DNA from: Planctomycetales bacterium
GTDB lineage: Bacteria > 4484-113
NCBI GenBank assembly: GCA_037445915.1
Contig: JBBIJQ010000019.1
Span: 1-35,432, forward strand
Direction: 5' to 3'
Length of the DNA: 35,432 nucleotides
The translations under genes were made by a program, and so were the position numbers. Shown here one piece after another: positions 8,491 to 17,959 of this stretch. The notes beneath the pieces were generated by a model. That model was given only the letters and a program-made list of their open reading frames with translations. It was not told where the DNA came from and ran no database searches. How positions within the stretch are numbered: position 1 is the first letter of the stretch; every line of letters begins with the position of its first letter.

Positions 8491-9939
8491 CTACTTCCGC
8501 CAGAAAGTCGGAGCCAGCAAGACAAGCAACGCATATACTTCAAGGCGGCCCGCCATCATCAGCATTGACAAGACCCACTTGCCGACTGGCTCAATCGCTG
8601 CGTAGTTGCCCGATGCCCCGACCAGCCCCAGCCCCGGGCCGATGTTGCCCAGGCAGGCGATGGACGCGCTCATGCTCGTGTCAAAGTCATGGCCAAGCAA
8701 GCTCATTGTAAGAGTGCCAACCAGGAACAAGCCGATGAACGCAACGAACAAGCCGGTTACCTGGTCTTCCATCTCCTGCGTGAGCAGGCGCTTGTTGATG
8801 CGCACAGGGACAATCGCCTGGGGCTGGAAAGTGCGAATGACGCTTCGCCACGCCCACCTTAGCAAAATGACGATGCGGACTATTTTCAGGCCGCCGCCGG
8901 TGCTTCCCGCGCTTGCCCCGATAAACATCAGGCCGAAGAGGAGAATGCGCGCGAATGATGGCCAGGCGTCAAAGTTCTCTGTCGTGTAGCCGGTTGTAGT
9001 CAGGATGGAGACAGCCTGGAACGCGCAGGCGCGGATGCCGTGGTGGCTATGTTGGACTGCGCCTTGGATCAAGTTCGTGGCGTAGAGAGCGGCTATCACG
9101 GCGCCTGCGATGAGCAGGTAAGCGCGAAACTCGGTGTCGCGGAAAAACAGGAGGCGCCCCCGGACAAGCTGGAAATACAGCGAGAAGTTGACGCCCGCCA
9201 TAAACATAAAAGCGATGATGACCCACTCAATGACGGGGCTGTTGAATGCGGCGATTGACTGGTTATAGGTTGAAAAGCCGCCGGTTGCCATCGTGCCGAA
9301 AGTATGCGTGGCCGCTTGAAACCAGTCCATGCCGCACAGCATCAGGGCAGTGAACTGCGCTATGGAGATAGCCAAGTAGATTGCCCATAGCGCTATCGCC
9401 GTGTCACGCAGCCGGGGCAGGAGTGCATCCTTGCTCGGGCCAGGTACTTCCACTCGGAACAAGTGCTTGCTTCCAACGCCCAGCATCGGTAGGATGGCGA
9501 TAAACAGCACAATGATTCCCATGCCGCCCAGCCAGTGCGTGAAAGAGCGCCAAAAAAGCAGGCCGCGCGACATGGCTTCAATGTTGGTAAGGATGCTCGC
9601 GCCGGTCGTCGTAAAGCCGCTCATCGTTTCAAAAAATGCGTCCGTGTAGAACGGTATTTCGCGCGAGATATAGAAGGGCAGCGCGCCCAGCGCTGCCGCG
9701 AGCATCCAGCCGGCGGACACTGCGAGCAGCCCTTCCTTGCGGTACATCCTCTCGCGTGTATCCTTCAAGCGGGTGTAAAAGACCGCGCCGATAATGCTGG
9801 TGGGCAACGCCACGAGTATGAAGCAGCCGGCAATGAAAGCCTCTTTATAATGCAGCGCGACTAGCGCAGGCAGCGCGAGGACTATGCCGAAGAATAGCAG
9901 GTATAAGCCTAGCACCTTGCCGACGATGCGGTAGTTCAC
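8491..9939 (-). CDS. trkH: TrkH K+ uptake membrane protein
   Basis: FFETMSGFTTTGAS, WLGGMGIIV, MATGGFS, TTTGY, GSTGGGLK, LGNIGPG, GRLE. Confidence 0.95.
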   Translation of the reverse strand: MNYRIVGKVLGLYLLFFGIVLALPALVALHYKEAFIAGCFILVALPTSIIGAVFYTRLKDTRERMYRKEGLLAVSAGWMLAAALGALPFYISREIPFYTDAFFETMSGFTTTGASILTNIEAMSRGLLFWRSFTHWLGGMGIIVLFIAILPMLGVGSKHLFRVEVPGPSKDALLPRLRDTAIALWAIYLAISIAQFTALMLCGMDWFQAATHTFGTMATGGFSTYNQSIAAFNSPVIEWVIIAFMFMAGVNFSLYFQLVRGRLLFFRDTEFRAYLLIAGAVIAALYATNLIQGAVQHSHHGIRACAFQAVSILTTTGYTTENFDAWPSFARILLFGLMFIGASAGSTGGGLKIVRIVILLRWAWRSVIRTFQPQAIVPVRINKRLLTQEMEDQVTGLFVAFIGLFLVGTLTMSLLGHDFDTSMSASIACLGNIGPGLGLVGASGNYAAIEPVGKWVLSMLMMAGRLEVYALLVLLAPTFWRK

Positions 9940-9998
9940 GGCCTACCCGCCTGGGCCAGCCGCAAGAAGATTCGTAAGCTGTGTGCCGCCATATGATG

Positions 9999-11336
9999 TT
10001 ATGCGAACAGGTGCGTGATGGATGAAACGTGCTCAGTAAGCGCGAAGACGATCACAGTGTCGCCCGCCTCCAGCTTGGTCATCCCGCGCGGCACCAGGAC
10101 TTCTTTTTCGCGCACGATGGTCGCGATTATCACCCCGGCGGGCAAGTTCAGTTCAGCCAGCGTCTTGCCGCAGGCATGGCTTTCAGGGGGAAGGAGGTAT
10201 TCCAGGACTTCCGCCTCTCCAGCGCCCACTAGCGAGAGAGAGTGGATATGCTTGCTGCGGGCGAAGGCGAGGATTTTGCTGGAAACAAGCATGCGCGGTG
10301 AGATTGCCACGTCAACTTTGAGCTTTTGCGCCAGAGGGAGGTAGCTGGGGCGGTCAACTATCGCCACTACCTTGCGCGCCCCCAGCTCGCGCGCCATCAG
10401 CGCTGAGATAATGTTCATCTCATCGTTGTGGGTAACGGATATGAACAAATCGGCGTTTTCCACATACTCGCTGTGAAGAAGCTCAATATCGGTCCCGTCG
10501 CCATGAATCACTTGGACGAGGGGAAGGTCTTGCGTAACTTCCCAGCATCTCTGGCGGCTAGCCTCAATCAGCTTGACGAGGATGCGCCGGCTGGACAGCC
10601 GTTTTGCAATCGTCGTTCCGATGTTGCCGCCGCCTAGTATCATCACCGACTTGGAGGGGTGTTGTTCTTTGCCCAGCAAGTGCTGGAGTTCCTTCTTGCC
10701 ATCACTGCGCGTGATGATGTGCACAGTGTCGTCCAGGGAAAGGTGGTCGTCGCCTTTGGGAATTAGAAGCTTATTGTTGCGGATAACTGCGACAACCAAG
10801 CTGTCTTCCGGGAACTTCACCTCGCGTAGCGGCATTCCGTTAATGCTGCAATTCTCATCCAGCACTACCTTGCGCAGTTCAATGCGCCCGTCAGCGAAAT
10901 ACTCAACCCCGACAGTGCCTGTTTCACGCACCAGGTTTTCAACTTCCGCTGCCACTAGCACGTCTGGGTCAACCACGAGGTCTATGCCTAGCATGTTGCG
11001 GTATTGGCTTTGGCTCACAGGGCCTGCCTTGTGGCGTATCCTAGCGATGACGCGCTTTGCGCCCAGCTTCTTCGCGATTAGGCAGGATACAAGGTTTGCT
11101 TCGTCGCTGTCAGTAGTGGCGAGGACCAGGTCTGCCGACTTGCAATCAGCCTCGCGCAAAACTTCCAGCGACGCTCCGTTGCCGTGCACAACTGCGATGT
11201 CTAGCTGCTCTTGCAAGGACTTGAGCTTATCCGCGTCAATGTCGAGAACCTTAACTAGCCGGTGTTCCTGCGACAGGTAACGGGCTAGGTATGAGCCGAC
11301 TTCACCTGCGCCGATTATCATGGTGGAAAGCTCCAT
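9999..11336 (-). CDS. trkA: TrkA K+ uptake regulator (two RCK_N/RCK_C pairs)
   Basis: IIGAGEVG and ILGGGNIG Rossmann motifs, DEANL and DEMNI, tandem RCK_C domains; start at ATG 11336, 11 nt after TGCTATCAT. Confidence 0.93.
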   Translation of the reverse strand: MELSTMIIGAGEVGSYLARYLSQEHRLVKVLDIDADKLKSLQEQLDIAVVHGNGASLEVLREADCKSADLVLATTDSDEANLVSCLIAKKLGAKRVIARIRHKAGPVSQSQYRNMLGIDLVVDPDVLVAAEVENLVRETGTVGVEYFADGRIELRKVVLDENCSINGMPLREVKFPEDSLVVAVIRNNKLLIPKGDDHLSLDDTVHIITRSDGKKELQHLLGKEQHPSKSVMILGGGNIGTTIAKRLSSRRILVKLIEASRQRCWEVTQDLPLVQVIHGDGTDIELLHSEYVENADLFISVTHNDEMNIISALMARELGARKVVAIVDRPSYLPLAQKLKVDVAISPRMLVSSKILAFARSKHIHSLSLVGAGEAEVLEYLLPPESHACGKTLAELNLPAGVIIATIVREKEVLVPRGMTKLEAGDTVIVFALTEHVSSITHLFA

Positions 11337-11397
11337 GGGACAAGCGAATGATAGCATAGAGCGGGGCATCAACAGGCCCTATGCAAGCGGATGCGTG

Positions 11398-12672
11398 CTA
11401 CTCAGCCCTTAGCGCTGCAATTGGGTCAAGCGCCGCGGCTCGCCTGGCGGGTAGGATGCTCGCAACCAGGCCGACAATCACATTGGAAACTGCCGCGATG
11501 ATTACTGTCGGCATCGTGACTACAGGCGGCGGGAAAGACTCAGGAAGCGGAAGCAGACGCAGAGCGCCGGTGATGGTAAGCCCCAGCGCCATTCCCACGA
11601 TGCCGCCAACGATAGTTATTGCAAGCGTTTCAAAGACGAACTGGGAAACGATTGTACCCGGCGTGGCGCCCAGCGCCTTGCGCAGGCCGATTTCGCGCGT
11701 GCGCTCTTGCACCGACACCAGCATCACGTTCATCACGCCCACTGCGCCGATGGTCAGCGTGAGCAGCCCGACGATGTAGAAGACGATAAAAAACATCATG
11801 AAAACTACATTGGACTCTTTGCGCCATTCCGCGAAATCGCGCAAACGGATTGCGGATTCGTCAGACGGGTCAAAACCGTGCTTAGCTGCAAGCAGGCGGC
11901 GCACCATCACCGAGCCGGCATCATAGTTCTTCGGGGCATTCAGCGTTGCGTAAATCGTGAGGTTGCCTCCCAGCGGGTTTCGCGGAGTGCCGAAAACGGA
12001 CTTGAAAACGGTGAGTGGCATGTAAACAGACCAGTCGCTGTGCGAACGCTGGCGCGGAAGCTGGCCGATAACCGTAAACTCCTGGCCGAAAATGCTCACC
12101 GTCTTGCCGACCGACTCGGGCACGATAACCGGCCCACTTCCTGAGCCGCCTCCGCCGAAGCCGCCCCCGCCTCCGCTGCCAAAAAAAGTGTCGGCGGCCC
12201 TGTAACCGAGAACGATGGACTTGGAAGCGGTGTCAAAGTCAACCGTGTTGAAGAAACGCCCCTTGTCGGGCTGGAGCTGGAGCTGGCCAGCAATTTCCGG
12301 CGATGAGGCGACGACCCGGAAGTAGTCGTTTTTTTGGCCGACCGTCATATTAGTCCATGTCTCAACTTGCGGTACCGCCTTGGTCACGAAGGGGCAGCTC
12401 TGGACAATGTAAGTTGCGTCGCCAAGATCGGGGATGAGGGGGTATCGCGTGCCGTCTTTGGTAAATGAACTGGAGTATTCCAGCACGAGCATATTCACGC
12501 CGCTGTTCTCCATCTGCTGGGAGTTTTGCGCGTGGAAACCGGAGAAAAGCGAGACGAGGATTATCACTGTGGCAATACCCCAGACGATGCCGAACATAGT
12601 CAGAACGGTTCGGCCCTTGTTCATTCCGAGGTTGGCGAACGCCTGCTTGACGATTGTCCAGAACCCTGCCAT
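11398..12672 (-). CDS. ABC transporter permease, MacB/FtsX family
   Basis: RTVLTMFGIVWG, GVMNVMLVSVQERTREIGLRKALGA, PARRAAALDPIAALRAE. Confidence 0.92.
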   Translation of the reverse strand: MAGFWTIVKQAFANLGMNKGRTVLTMFGIVWGIATVIILVSLFSGFHAQNSQQMENSGVNMLVLEYSSSFTKDGTRYPLIPDLGDATYIVQSCPFVTKAVPQVETWTNMTVGQKNDYFRVVASSPEIAGQLQLQPDKGRFFNTVDFDTASKSIVLGYRAADTFFGSGGGGGFGGGGSGSGPVIVPESVGKTVSIFGQEFTVIGQLPRQRSHSDWSVYMPLTVFKSVFGTPRNPLGGNLTIYATLNAPKNYDAGSVMVRRLLAAKHGFDPSDESAIRLRDFAEWRKESNVVFMMFFIVFYIVGLLTLTIGAVGVMNVMLVSVQERTREIGLRKALGATPGTIVSQFVFETLAITIVGGIVGMALGLTITGALRLLPLPESFPPPVVTMPTVIIAAVSNVIVGLVASILPARRAAALDPIAALRAE

Positions 12673-13917
12673 CTATTGGTTCCTCAGCGCGACAATGGGA
12701 TCAAGCTGCGCGGCCTGGCCGGCGGGGTATGCTCCCGCGATAACTCCAACCAAGATGTTCACCGCCGCCGCAACGCCAATTGACAGAAGTGTAACCACCG
12801 GCAATGGAAAGGCATCAGACACTTTTGACAAGGGCTGCATCGCGGCGACGAACAGCAGCCCGAACGTGATGCCGATTATGCCTCCGACTATAGTCAGTAT
12901 CAGCGCCTCGGCGATAAACTGCCATAGAATCTGGCCTGCCGTCGCGCCCATTGCCTTGCGAAGCCCGATTTCGCGGGTGCGCTCTTTCACGTTCACCAGC
13001 ATTATGTTGGTAACGCCGACTGCGCCCACAGCAAGCGTCATCATCCCTACAAAATACACCAGCGCAAATAGCATCAGGAAAAGCTTCATCATCTCGTCGC
13101 GGAAGCGCGCGAAATCCTGCACGCGGATGGCGTTCTCGTCGTTAGAGTCGAAGCCGTGCCGCGCTGCGAGCAGGCGCTGGATCTGGATGCGGCTGGCGTC
13201 ATACAGCCTCGGGTCGCGCAAACTGACGTTCATCGTGAAGTCGCTGTTGCGCCGACGGCTTTGCAGGCTGTTCTCAAAAGTGCTGTAGGGAACGATAACC
13301 CGGAAGTCGCTGAAGCCTGAAGTTGACTCCAGCCAGCCGACGACATCAAAAACGACTCCGCTTATGTTTAGCTGCTGGCCGACAGGATTCACGCCCTTGC
13401 CCCACAGTATCTCCGCCACCCGCGAGCCAGCAACGCAAACTTTCTGGGTGCGCTCCTCGTCTATGATGTTGACCAGCCGGCCGCTCCTGAGGGGGTAGTC
13501 GCGCACCTTAGTGTAGTCGGCGGTAACGCCGACGACTCCGAACCAGTCGTGCCCGCCGGACGAACCGGCTCCCGGGGCGCTTTCGCCCGACACGGCTTCC
13601 ATCTCCCGCCAGGTCTGCGTCTCGCAGGAGGCGGACTCCACATTGGGGCAGTATTTTACGATGAACTGCGCATCCGCCGTGTCGTGGTCCAACGGGTATG
13701 TTACGCCGTCACGCTTGTATGTGTCGCTGTAGCGCAGGATCAGCTTGTTCACGCCGACGCCGGCGAAGAAGGACATGTTGCGCGCCTTAAAGCCTGTAAT
13801 TATCGCGACGAGAATAATAACCGCCGCTATACCCCAGATAATGCCGAACATCGTCAGGAAGGCGCGCGTACGCTGGCGCATTAGGCTGGCGAATGAAAGG
13901 CGCACTATTTCCAGCAT
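12673..13917 (-). CDS. ABC transporter permease, MacB/FtsX family
   Basis: RAFLTMFGIIWG, GVTNIMLVNVKERTREIGLRKAMGA, PAGQAAQLDPIVALR. Confidence 0.92.
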   Translation of the reverse strand: MLEIVRLSFASLMRQRTRAFLTMFGIIWGIAAVIILVAIITGFKARNMSFFAGVGVNKLILRYSDTYKRDGVTYPLDHDTADAQFIVKYCPNVESASCETQTWREMEAVSGESAPGAGSSGGHDWFGVVGVTADYTKVRDYPLRSGRLVNIIDEERTQKVCVAGSRVAEILWGKGVNPVGQQLNISGVVFDVVGWLESTSGFSDFRVIVPYSTFENSLQSRRRNSDFTMNVSLRDPRLYDASRIQIQRLLAARHGFDSNDENAIRVQDFARFRDEMMKLFLMLFALVYFVGMMTLAVGAVGVTNIMLVNVKERTREIGLRKAMGATAGQILWQFIAEALILTIVGGIIGITFGLLFVAAMQPLSKVSDAFPLPVVTLLSIGVAAAVNILVGVIAGAYPAGQAAQLDPIVALRNQ

Positions 13918-13931
13918 AGCAGCAGCCTGCT

Positions 13932-15251
13932 TTACCGCCTGATGACGGTTACCGAACGGCGGCCTCCGCCGCCTCCGCCACCGCTGCGGCCGCCTGCACC
14001 CGGCGGACCTTGGGGCGAGTCTACGAACTCAGCCATAACTTTATCGCCGTCGTTCAGGCCTTTGAGTATTTCAACAAATTGCCCGTCGGAAACGCCGGTA
14101 ACGACTTCAGTGTCAACCGTCTTGCCACCACCGATGAGTTTCTTAACTATTTTCTTGCCTTTGTCCGTTGTCACCGCGACCACCGGCAGCGCCAGCGCAT
14201 CCTTTACCTCAGCGACTTTGATTGTCCCTTTGGCAGTGCTGCCAAGGCGCGGCTCGCCAATGTCTTCAGTCAGCTCCATCTCCATCGGGAACATAACAAC
14301 ATCGTTGACGTTGGGCTTGCCAAAGTGGCTGATGCGCGTGATGCGTCCGGCTATCTTGCGGTCTTTGATGAACGAGAGGTCAAATACGACCGGCAGCCCT
14401 TCCTTGAGCACGCCGATAAGGTCTTCGCCGATATCGGTCTTGACGAGGATACTCGTTGTGTCGCCGACAACCATCATCGCGCTTCCTTCGCGGCCGTCAA
14501 CCGAAGCCACGACTGTGTCGCCGGGGTCAAGGTCAACCGAGAGCACCTTGCCATTCACTTCGCTGCGGATAGTCGCGTTGGTCAGGTCTTCGTTGGCAAT
14601 TTCCAGGCTTATGCGCGCCTGCTTCAGCGTTGCTTCGGCAATGGCGATGTCTTCTTCGGCAGCGCCAGTTCTGGCGAACTTCAGGCGCTGCTCGGTATCG
14701 TCGTGCGCTGCCTTCGCGCGCTCAAAACGTCCCTTGGCGTCTTCAAGCTCTTGATCGGAGGAATATCCCTTATCGTAGAGCGATTGGATGCGCGCAAGGT
14801 TCTCCCGCGCCAGTTCAAGCTCAACCTTGCGGCTTTTCAAGTCAGCATCCAAGCTAGAAAGTTGCTCGCGTGTGCCGCCCTTCTTCGCTTTGTCGTACTG
14901 GGCCTTCGCCAGGTCGTAGCGCGCCTGCGCCTGCTTGAGCGATTTGCGCAGGTCAGTTTCATCAATGCGCGCGAGAACCTGGCCGGCAACGATGGGGTCG
15001 CCTTCCTTGACAAGGACTTCCTTGAGGATTCCGCCGACCTTCGCCTTCACGTCAATTTGCGTCTTGGACTCAAGCGCGCCGTTTACCGTTTCCTCACGCA
15101 CGATTGTCTTGCGCTCTACGGCGTATTCCTGCATGGTCGGGCCCTTTTTCTTGGCAAAGTTCGCTTTTATGCCGAAGTAGAGCCCTCCGAAAAGAATGAT
15201 GGCGGCAATAAGCCACCACTTGTTGCGGTTGAGCCAGCGGGAAAAACGCAT
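13932..15251 (-). CDS. Periplasmic adaptor (membrane fusion protein, MacA/HlyD-like)
   Basis: N-terminal TM segment, lipoyl-like halves VKAKVGGILKEVLVKEGD and IRSEVNGKV, long helical hairpin, LALPVVAV...VEILKGLNDGDKV; AAGGAG upstream favours ATG 15251. Confidence 0.9.
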   Translation of the reverse strand: MRFSRWLNRNKWWLIAAIILFGGLYFGIKANFAKKKGPTMQEYAVERKTIVREETVNGALESKTQIDVKAKVGGILKEVLVKEGDPIVAGQVLARIDETDLRKSLKQAQARYDLAKAQYDKAKKGGTREQLSSLDADLKSRKVELELARENLARIQSLYDKGYSSDQELEDAKGRFERAKAAHDDTEQRLKFARTGAAEEDIAIAEATLKQARISLEIANEDLTNATIRSEVNGKVLSVDLDPGDTVVASVDGREGSAMMVVGDTTSILVKTDIGEDLIGVLKEGLPVVFDLSFIKDRKIAGRITRISHFGKPNVNDVVMFPMEMELTEDIGEPRLGSTAKGTIKVAEVKDALALPVVAVTTDKGKKIVKKLIGGGKTVDTEVVTGVSDGQFVEILKGLNDGDKVMAEFVDSPQGPPGAGGRSGGGGGGGRRSVTVIRR

Positions 15252-15373
15252 CATCGCTCCTTGAATGGAATACAGGTTAGATGATTTTAGCAGCCCATAA
15301 GTTCAATTGCGCGCGGAAAATCTGGGAAATCCCCTAAATAGGTAAATAGTAGTATGCGGCGCGCGCGGCTTAG

Positions 15374-15625
15374 TTACGCGTCAACTACAGAGCAGAGAAG
15401 CTTGTCGCCCTTGCGGTAAAACTTCACGAAGCCTTCGCGGGTCGCGAAGATAGTGAAGTCGCGCCCCTGGCTTGCGCCTTCGCCGGGGTAAATGCAGTTG
15501 CCGACCTGGCGGACAATGATGTTGCCGCCGATAACGGCCTGTCCGCCGTAAACCTTAACGCCGCGCCTCTGGCCGTTGGAGTCACGGCCGTTGCGGCTGC
15601 TGCCAAGTCCTTTCTTGTGTGCCAT
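15374..15625 (-). CDS. rpmA: 50S ribosomal protein L27
   Basis: [16 protein letters not shown]...GNIIVRQ...GRDFTIFA; follows rplU. Confidence 0.98.
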   Translation of the reverse strand: MAHKKGLGSSRNGRDSNGQRRGVKVYGGQAVIGGNIIVRQVGNCIYPGEGASQGRDFTIFATREGFVKFYRKGDKLLCSVVDA

Positions 15626-15626
15626 A

Positions 15627-15935
15627 TTAGACCTCTATCTTCTCCACGCGCAGGACCGTTAGCTCGTCGCGGTGGCCCCAGGAGCGCTTGTAACCTGATT
15701 TTGCGCGGTACTTGAAGCCGCGTATCTTCACGCCGCGCTCGTCGCGGATGACCTTTAGCAGGACTTTGGCGCTTTCCACGGAGGGGGTTCCGACGTGTGT
15801 TTGTTCACCACCGACGAGCAAGACGCGCTCAGGCGCGATCTCGTCGCCGGCAGCGGCGCCGCACCGCGCGACGGCGAAAGTGTCGCCCTCCTGGACGCGG
15901 TACTGCTTACCCTTCATTTCAATTATCGCGTACAT
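15627..15935 (-). CDS. rplU: 50S ribosomal protein L21
   Basis: [18 protein letters not shown]...VGTP...[16 protein letters not shown]; start trimmed to ATG 15935. Confidence 0.97.
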   Translation of the reverse strand: MYAIIEMKGKQYRVQEGDTFAVARCGAAAGDEIAPERVLLVGGEQTHVGTPSVESAKVLLKVIRDERGVKIRGFKYRAKSGYKRSWGHRDELTVLRVEKIEV

Positions 15936-15966
15936 AGCAAATCCGCCCGTGTAATGGCGAGCGAGT

Positions 15967-15995
15967 AGTCTAGCCTTATGCCGTGGCGTTGTCAA
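15967..15995 (-). promoter_or_regulatory. Sigma70-type promoter of rplU-rpmA
   Basis: TTGACA-17 nt-TAGACT on the minus strand. Confidence 0.8.
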
Positions 15996-16116
15996 GAAGG
16001 TTGGGAGCAATGAGTTTGCCTGCCTTAGGCTGGTTGAGAGTTGAGAGCAAGGCTAGAAACAAAACCCAATGGACACGCCAAACTCGCCAGCCCGGCTTGT
16101 AAGTTGAAACTACACC

Positions 16117-16767
16117 TTACACCAGGTCCTTGACTTTAGCCCAGTCGGCGTTAAAGAGGTCAATGCCCTTGTCGGTCAGCGAGTGCTGGAAGAGCTGCAT
16201 GAGGACTTTATAGGGGACGGTCGCGATGTCGGCGCCGATGAGCGCGGCCTGCTTGAAATGCTGCGGGTGGCGCAGGCTCGCCGCAAGGATGCCCGCGTCA
16301 AAATCGTATTCGTTCCACACGGCGACCATTTCCTCAAGGAGCTGCATCCCGTCCTGGCCCATATCGTCTATGCGGCCGATGAACGGCGAGACGAAGTAGG
16401 CGCCCGCCTTGGCGGCGAGTATCGCCTGGTTGAGCGAGAACACGAGCGTCACGTTGCAGCGTATGCCGTCGGCGGATAGCTTGGAGACGGCGCGCAGGCC
16501 GTCGGGCGTCATGGGGATCTTCACGATGATGTTCTTTGCCCACGACGCAATTTCGCGCGCTTCTTTTATCATGCCTGCCGTGTCGGGCGCGGTGACTTCC
16601 GCTGAGACCGGCCCTTCAACGAGCTTGCAGATCTCAAGAATGCACTCCTTGAACTTGCGCTTTTCCTTCGCCACGAGGCTAGGGTTCGTCGTCACGCCGT
16701 CCACAAGGCCCATCGCCACGCCCTGGCGGATTTCTTCTATATTCGCTGTATCTAAAAAAATCAACAT
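16117..16767 (-). CDS. tal: Transaldolase (short MipB/TalC-type)
   Basis: FLDTAN, GVTTNPS, VKIP (Schiff-base Lys), NVTLVFS, VSPFIGR; Glu in SAEV and Phe in SPF fit transaldolase rather than fructose-6-phosphate aldolase. Confidence 0.9.
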   Translation of the reverse strand: MLIFLDTANIEEIRQGVAMGLVDGVTTNPSLVAKEKRKFKECILEICKLVEGPVSAEVTAPDTAGMIKEAREIASWAKNIIVKIPMTPDGLRAVSKLSADGIRCNVTLVFSLNQAILAAKAGAYFVSPFIGRIDDMGQDGMQLLEEMVAVWNEYDFDAGILAASLRHPQHFKQAALIGADIATVPYKVLMQLFQHSLTDKGIDLFNADWAKVKDLV

Positions 16768-16786
16768 TGCGCACTCCAGATGTGAA

Positions 16787-17881
16787 TTAGCCAGCCTTAT
16801 CGTGTATCTCTTTCATGAGGGTATGGGAACGGCGGAAGGCATCGGCGATGACGGGGTCAAACTGGGTGCCGCCTCCCTGGGCTATTATCTGCGCGGCGGT
16901 TTCGTGGTCAATGGCCCGCTTGTAAGTCCTGATTGAGCGTAGTGCGTCGTAGACGTCCGCCACCGCCATAATCCGCGCGGAGAGCGGGATTGCATCTTTG
17001 GACAAGCCGTGCGGGTAGCCGCGCCCATCCCACCGCTCGTGGTGCGACCGCGCGATGTCAATGCCCATGTTCACAAATGCATTCCGGGGGTAGCGCTTGA
17101 GCACGGAAAGCAGCGTATCCGCGCCCATTGTCGTATGCGCCTTAATCACTTCAAACTCGTCTGTCGTTAGCTTGCCGGGCTTGAGAAGAATCCTGTCAGG
17201 TATCGCCACTTTGCCAATGTCATGCATCGGGCAGGCTTTGTAAAGCGTGGCAATAAAGCCATAGTCGATCTGCTTGCCGTATTCCGGAGATTCCATCAGC
17301 CCTTCAGCAAGCGTGCGGCAATAGCCCTGCACGCGCTCAAGGTGCGCGCCGGTTTCGTAATCGCGCGACTCGGCGAGCTTTGCCAGCGCGAAAATCGTCG
17401 CCATTTGGGAGTCGGAAATCTCCTTCACTTGCTCATCAACTAGCTCCTGCAGGCGCAGGTTGTGCGCCTCTAGCTTTTCCTGCAGCGCTCTGAGGTTGAG
17501 GTGGGTGGAGACCCTTGCATCCACTTCCTCAAACTGGAAAGGTTTCGTTATGTAATCAATGCCGCCGCAATTGAAGGCTTTCACCTTGTCAGCGACGTCG
17601 CTCAGCGCGCTAAGGAAAATTACCGGCACGTCCGCCAGCTTCGGGTCTGCCTTGAGCTTTGCGCACACTTCAAAGCCGTCCAACCCCGGCATCATCACGT
17701 CAAGCAGGAACAGGTCGGGAACGTTTTTTTCGGCCGCCTTCAGGGCCATCTCCCCGCTCGGAAACGAAAATACCTGGTAGCCCCTTTCGTTGAGCATGCC
17801 TTCAAGCAACCTTAGGTTTTCCAGCGTGTCGTCAACTATCATTACGCTGGGCGCATACGGTTTGTCAGTCTCTTTTTGCAT
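16787..17881 (-). CDS. Response regulator with HD-GYP phosphodiesterase domain (RpfG-like)
   Basis: REC (IVDD, LLDVMMP, KPF) followed by ETGAHLERV, HDIGK, HHERWDGRGYP, ADVYDAL; start likely ATG 17881. Confidence 0.93.
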   Translation of the reverse strand: MQKETDKPYAPSVMIVDDTLENLRLLEGMLNERGYQVFSFPSGEMALKAAEKNVPDLFLLDVMMPGLDGFEVCAKLKADPKLADVPVIFLSALSDVADKVKAFNCGGIDYITKPFQFEEVDARVSTHLNLRALQEKLEAHNLRLQELVDEQVKEISDSQMATIFALAKLAESRDYETGAHLERVQGYCRTLAEGLMESPEYGKQIDYGFIATLYKACPMHDIGKVAIPDRILLKPGKLTTDEFEVIKAHTTMGADTLLSVLKRYPRNAFVNMGIDIARSHHERWDGRGYPHGLSKDAIPLSARIMAVADVYDALRSIRTYKRAIDHETAAQIIAQGGGTQFDPVIADAFRRSHTLMKEIHDKAG

Positions 17882-17959
17882 AACGTTCGTCCAATGTTTG
17901 TATAGTCGCACAATCACATCCGGCGCGCGCGAGGGGCTGAATATGCAGCGCACTCGTTA

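Noticed and set aside
12140-12180. GCC-rich short repeats (also 13960-14000)
   Set aside because: They encode Gly-rich linkers; not CRISPR repeats or a contingency locus
14010-15284. 424-aa plus-strand ORF (likewise 18225..19250, 27583..28491 and 12434..13288)
   Set aside because: Fully antisense to well-supported genes, no recognisable motifs; expected in GC-rich DNA
15374-15935. No prp protease gene between rplU and rpmA
   Set aside because: L27 has no N-terminal extension, so this is the normal arrangement outside Firmicutes-like lineages
16117-16767. Fructose-6-phosphate aldolase call
   Set aside because: Diagnostic Glu and Phe residues favour transaldolase
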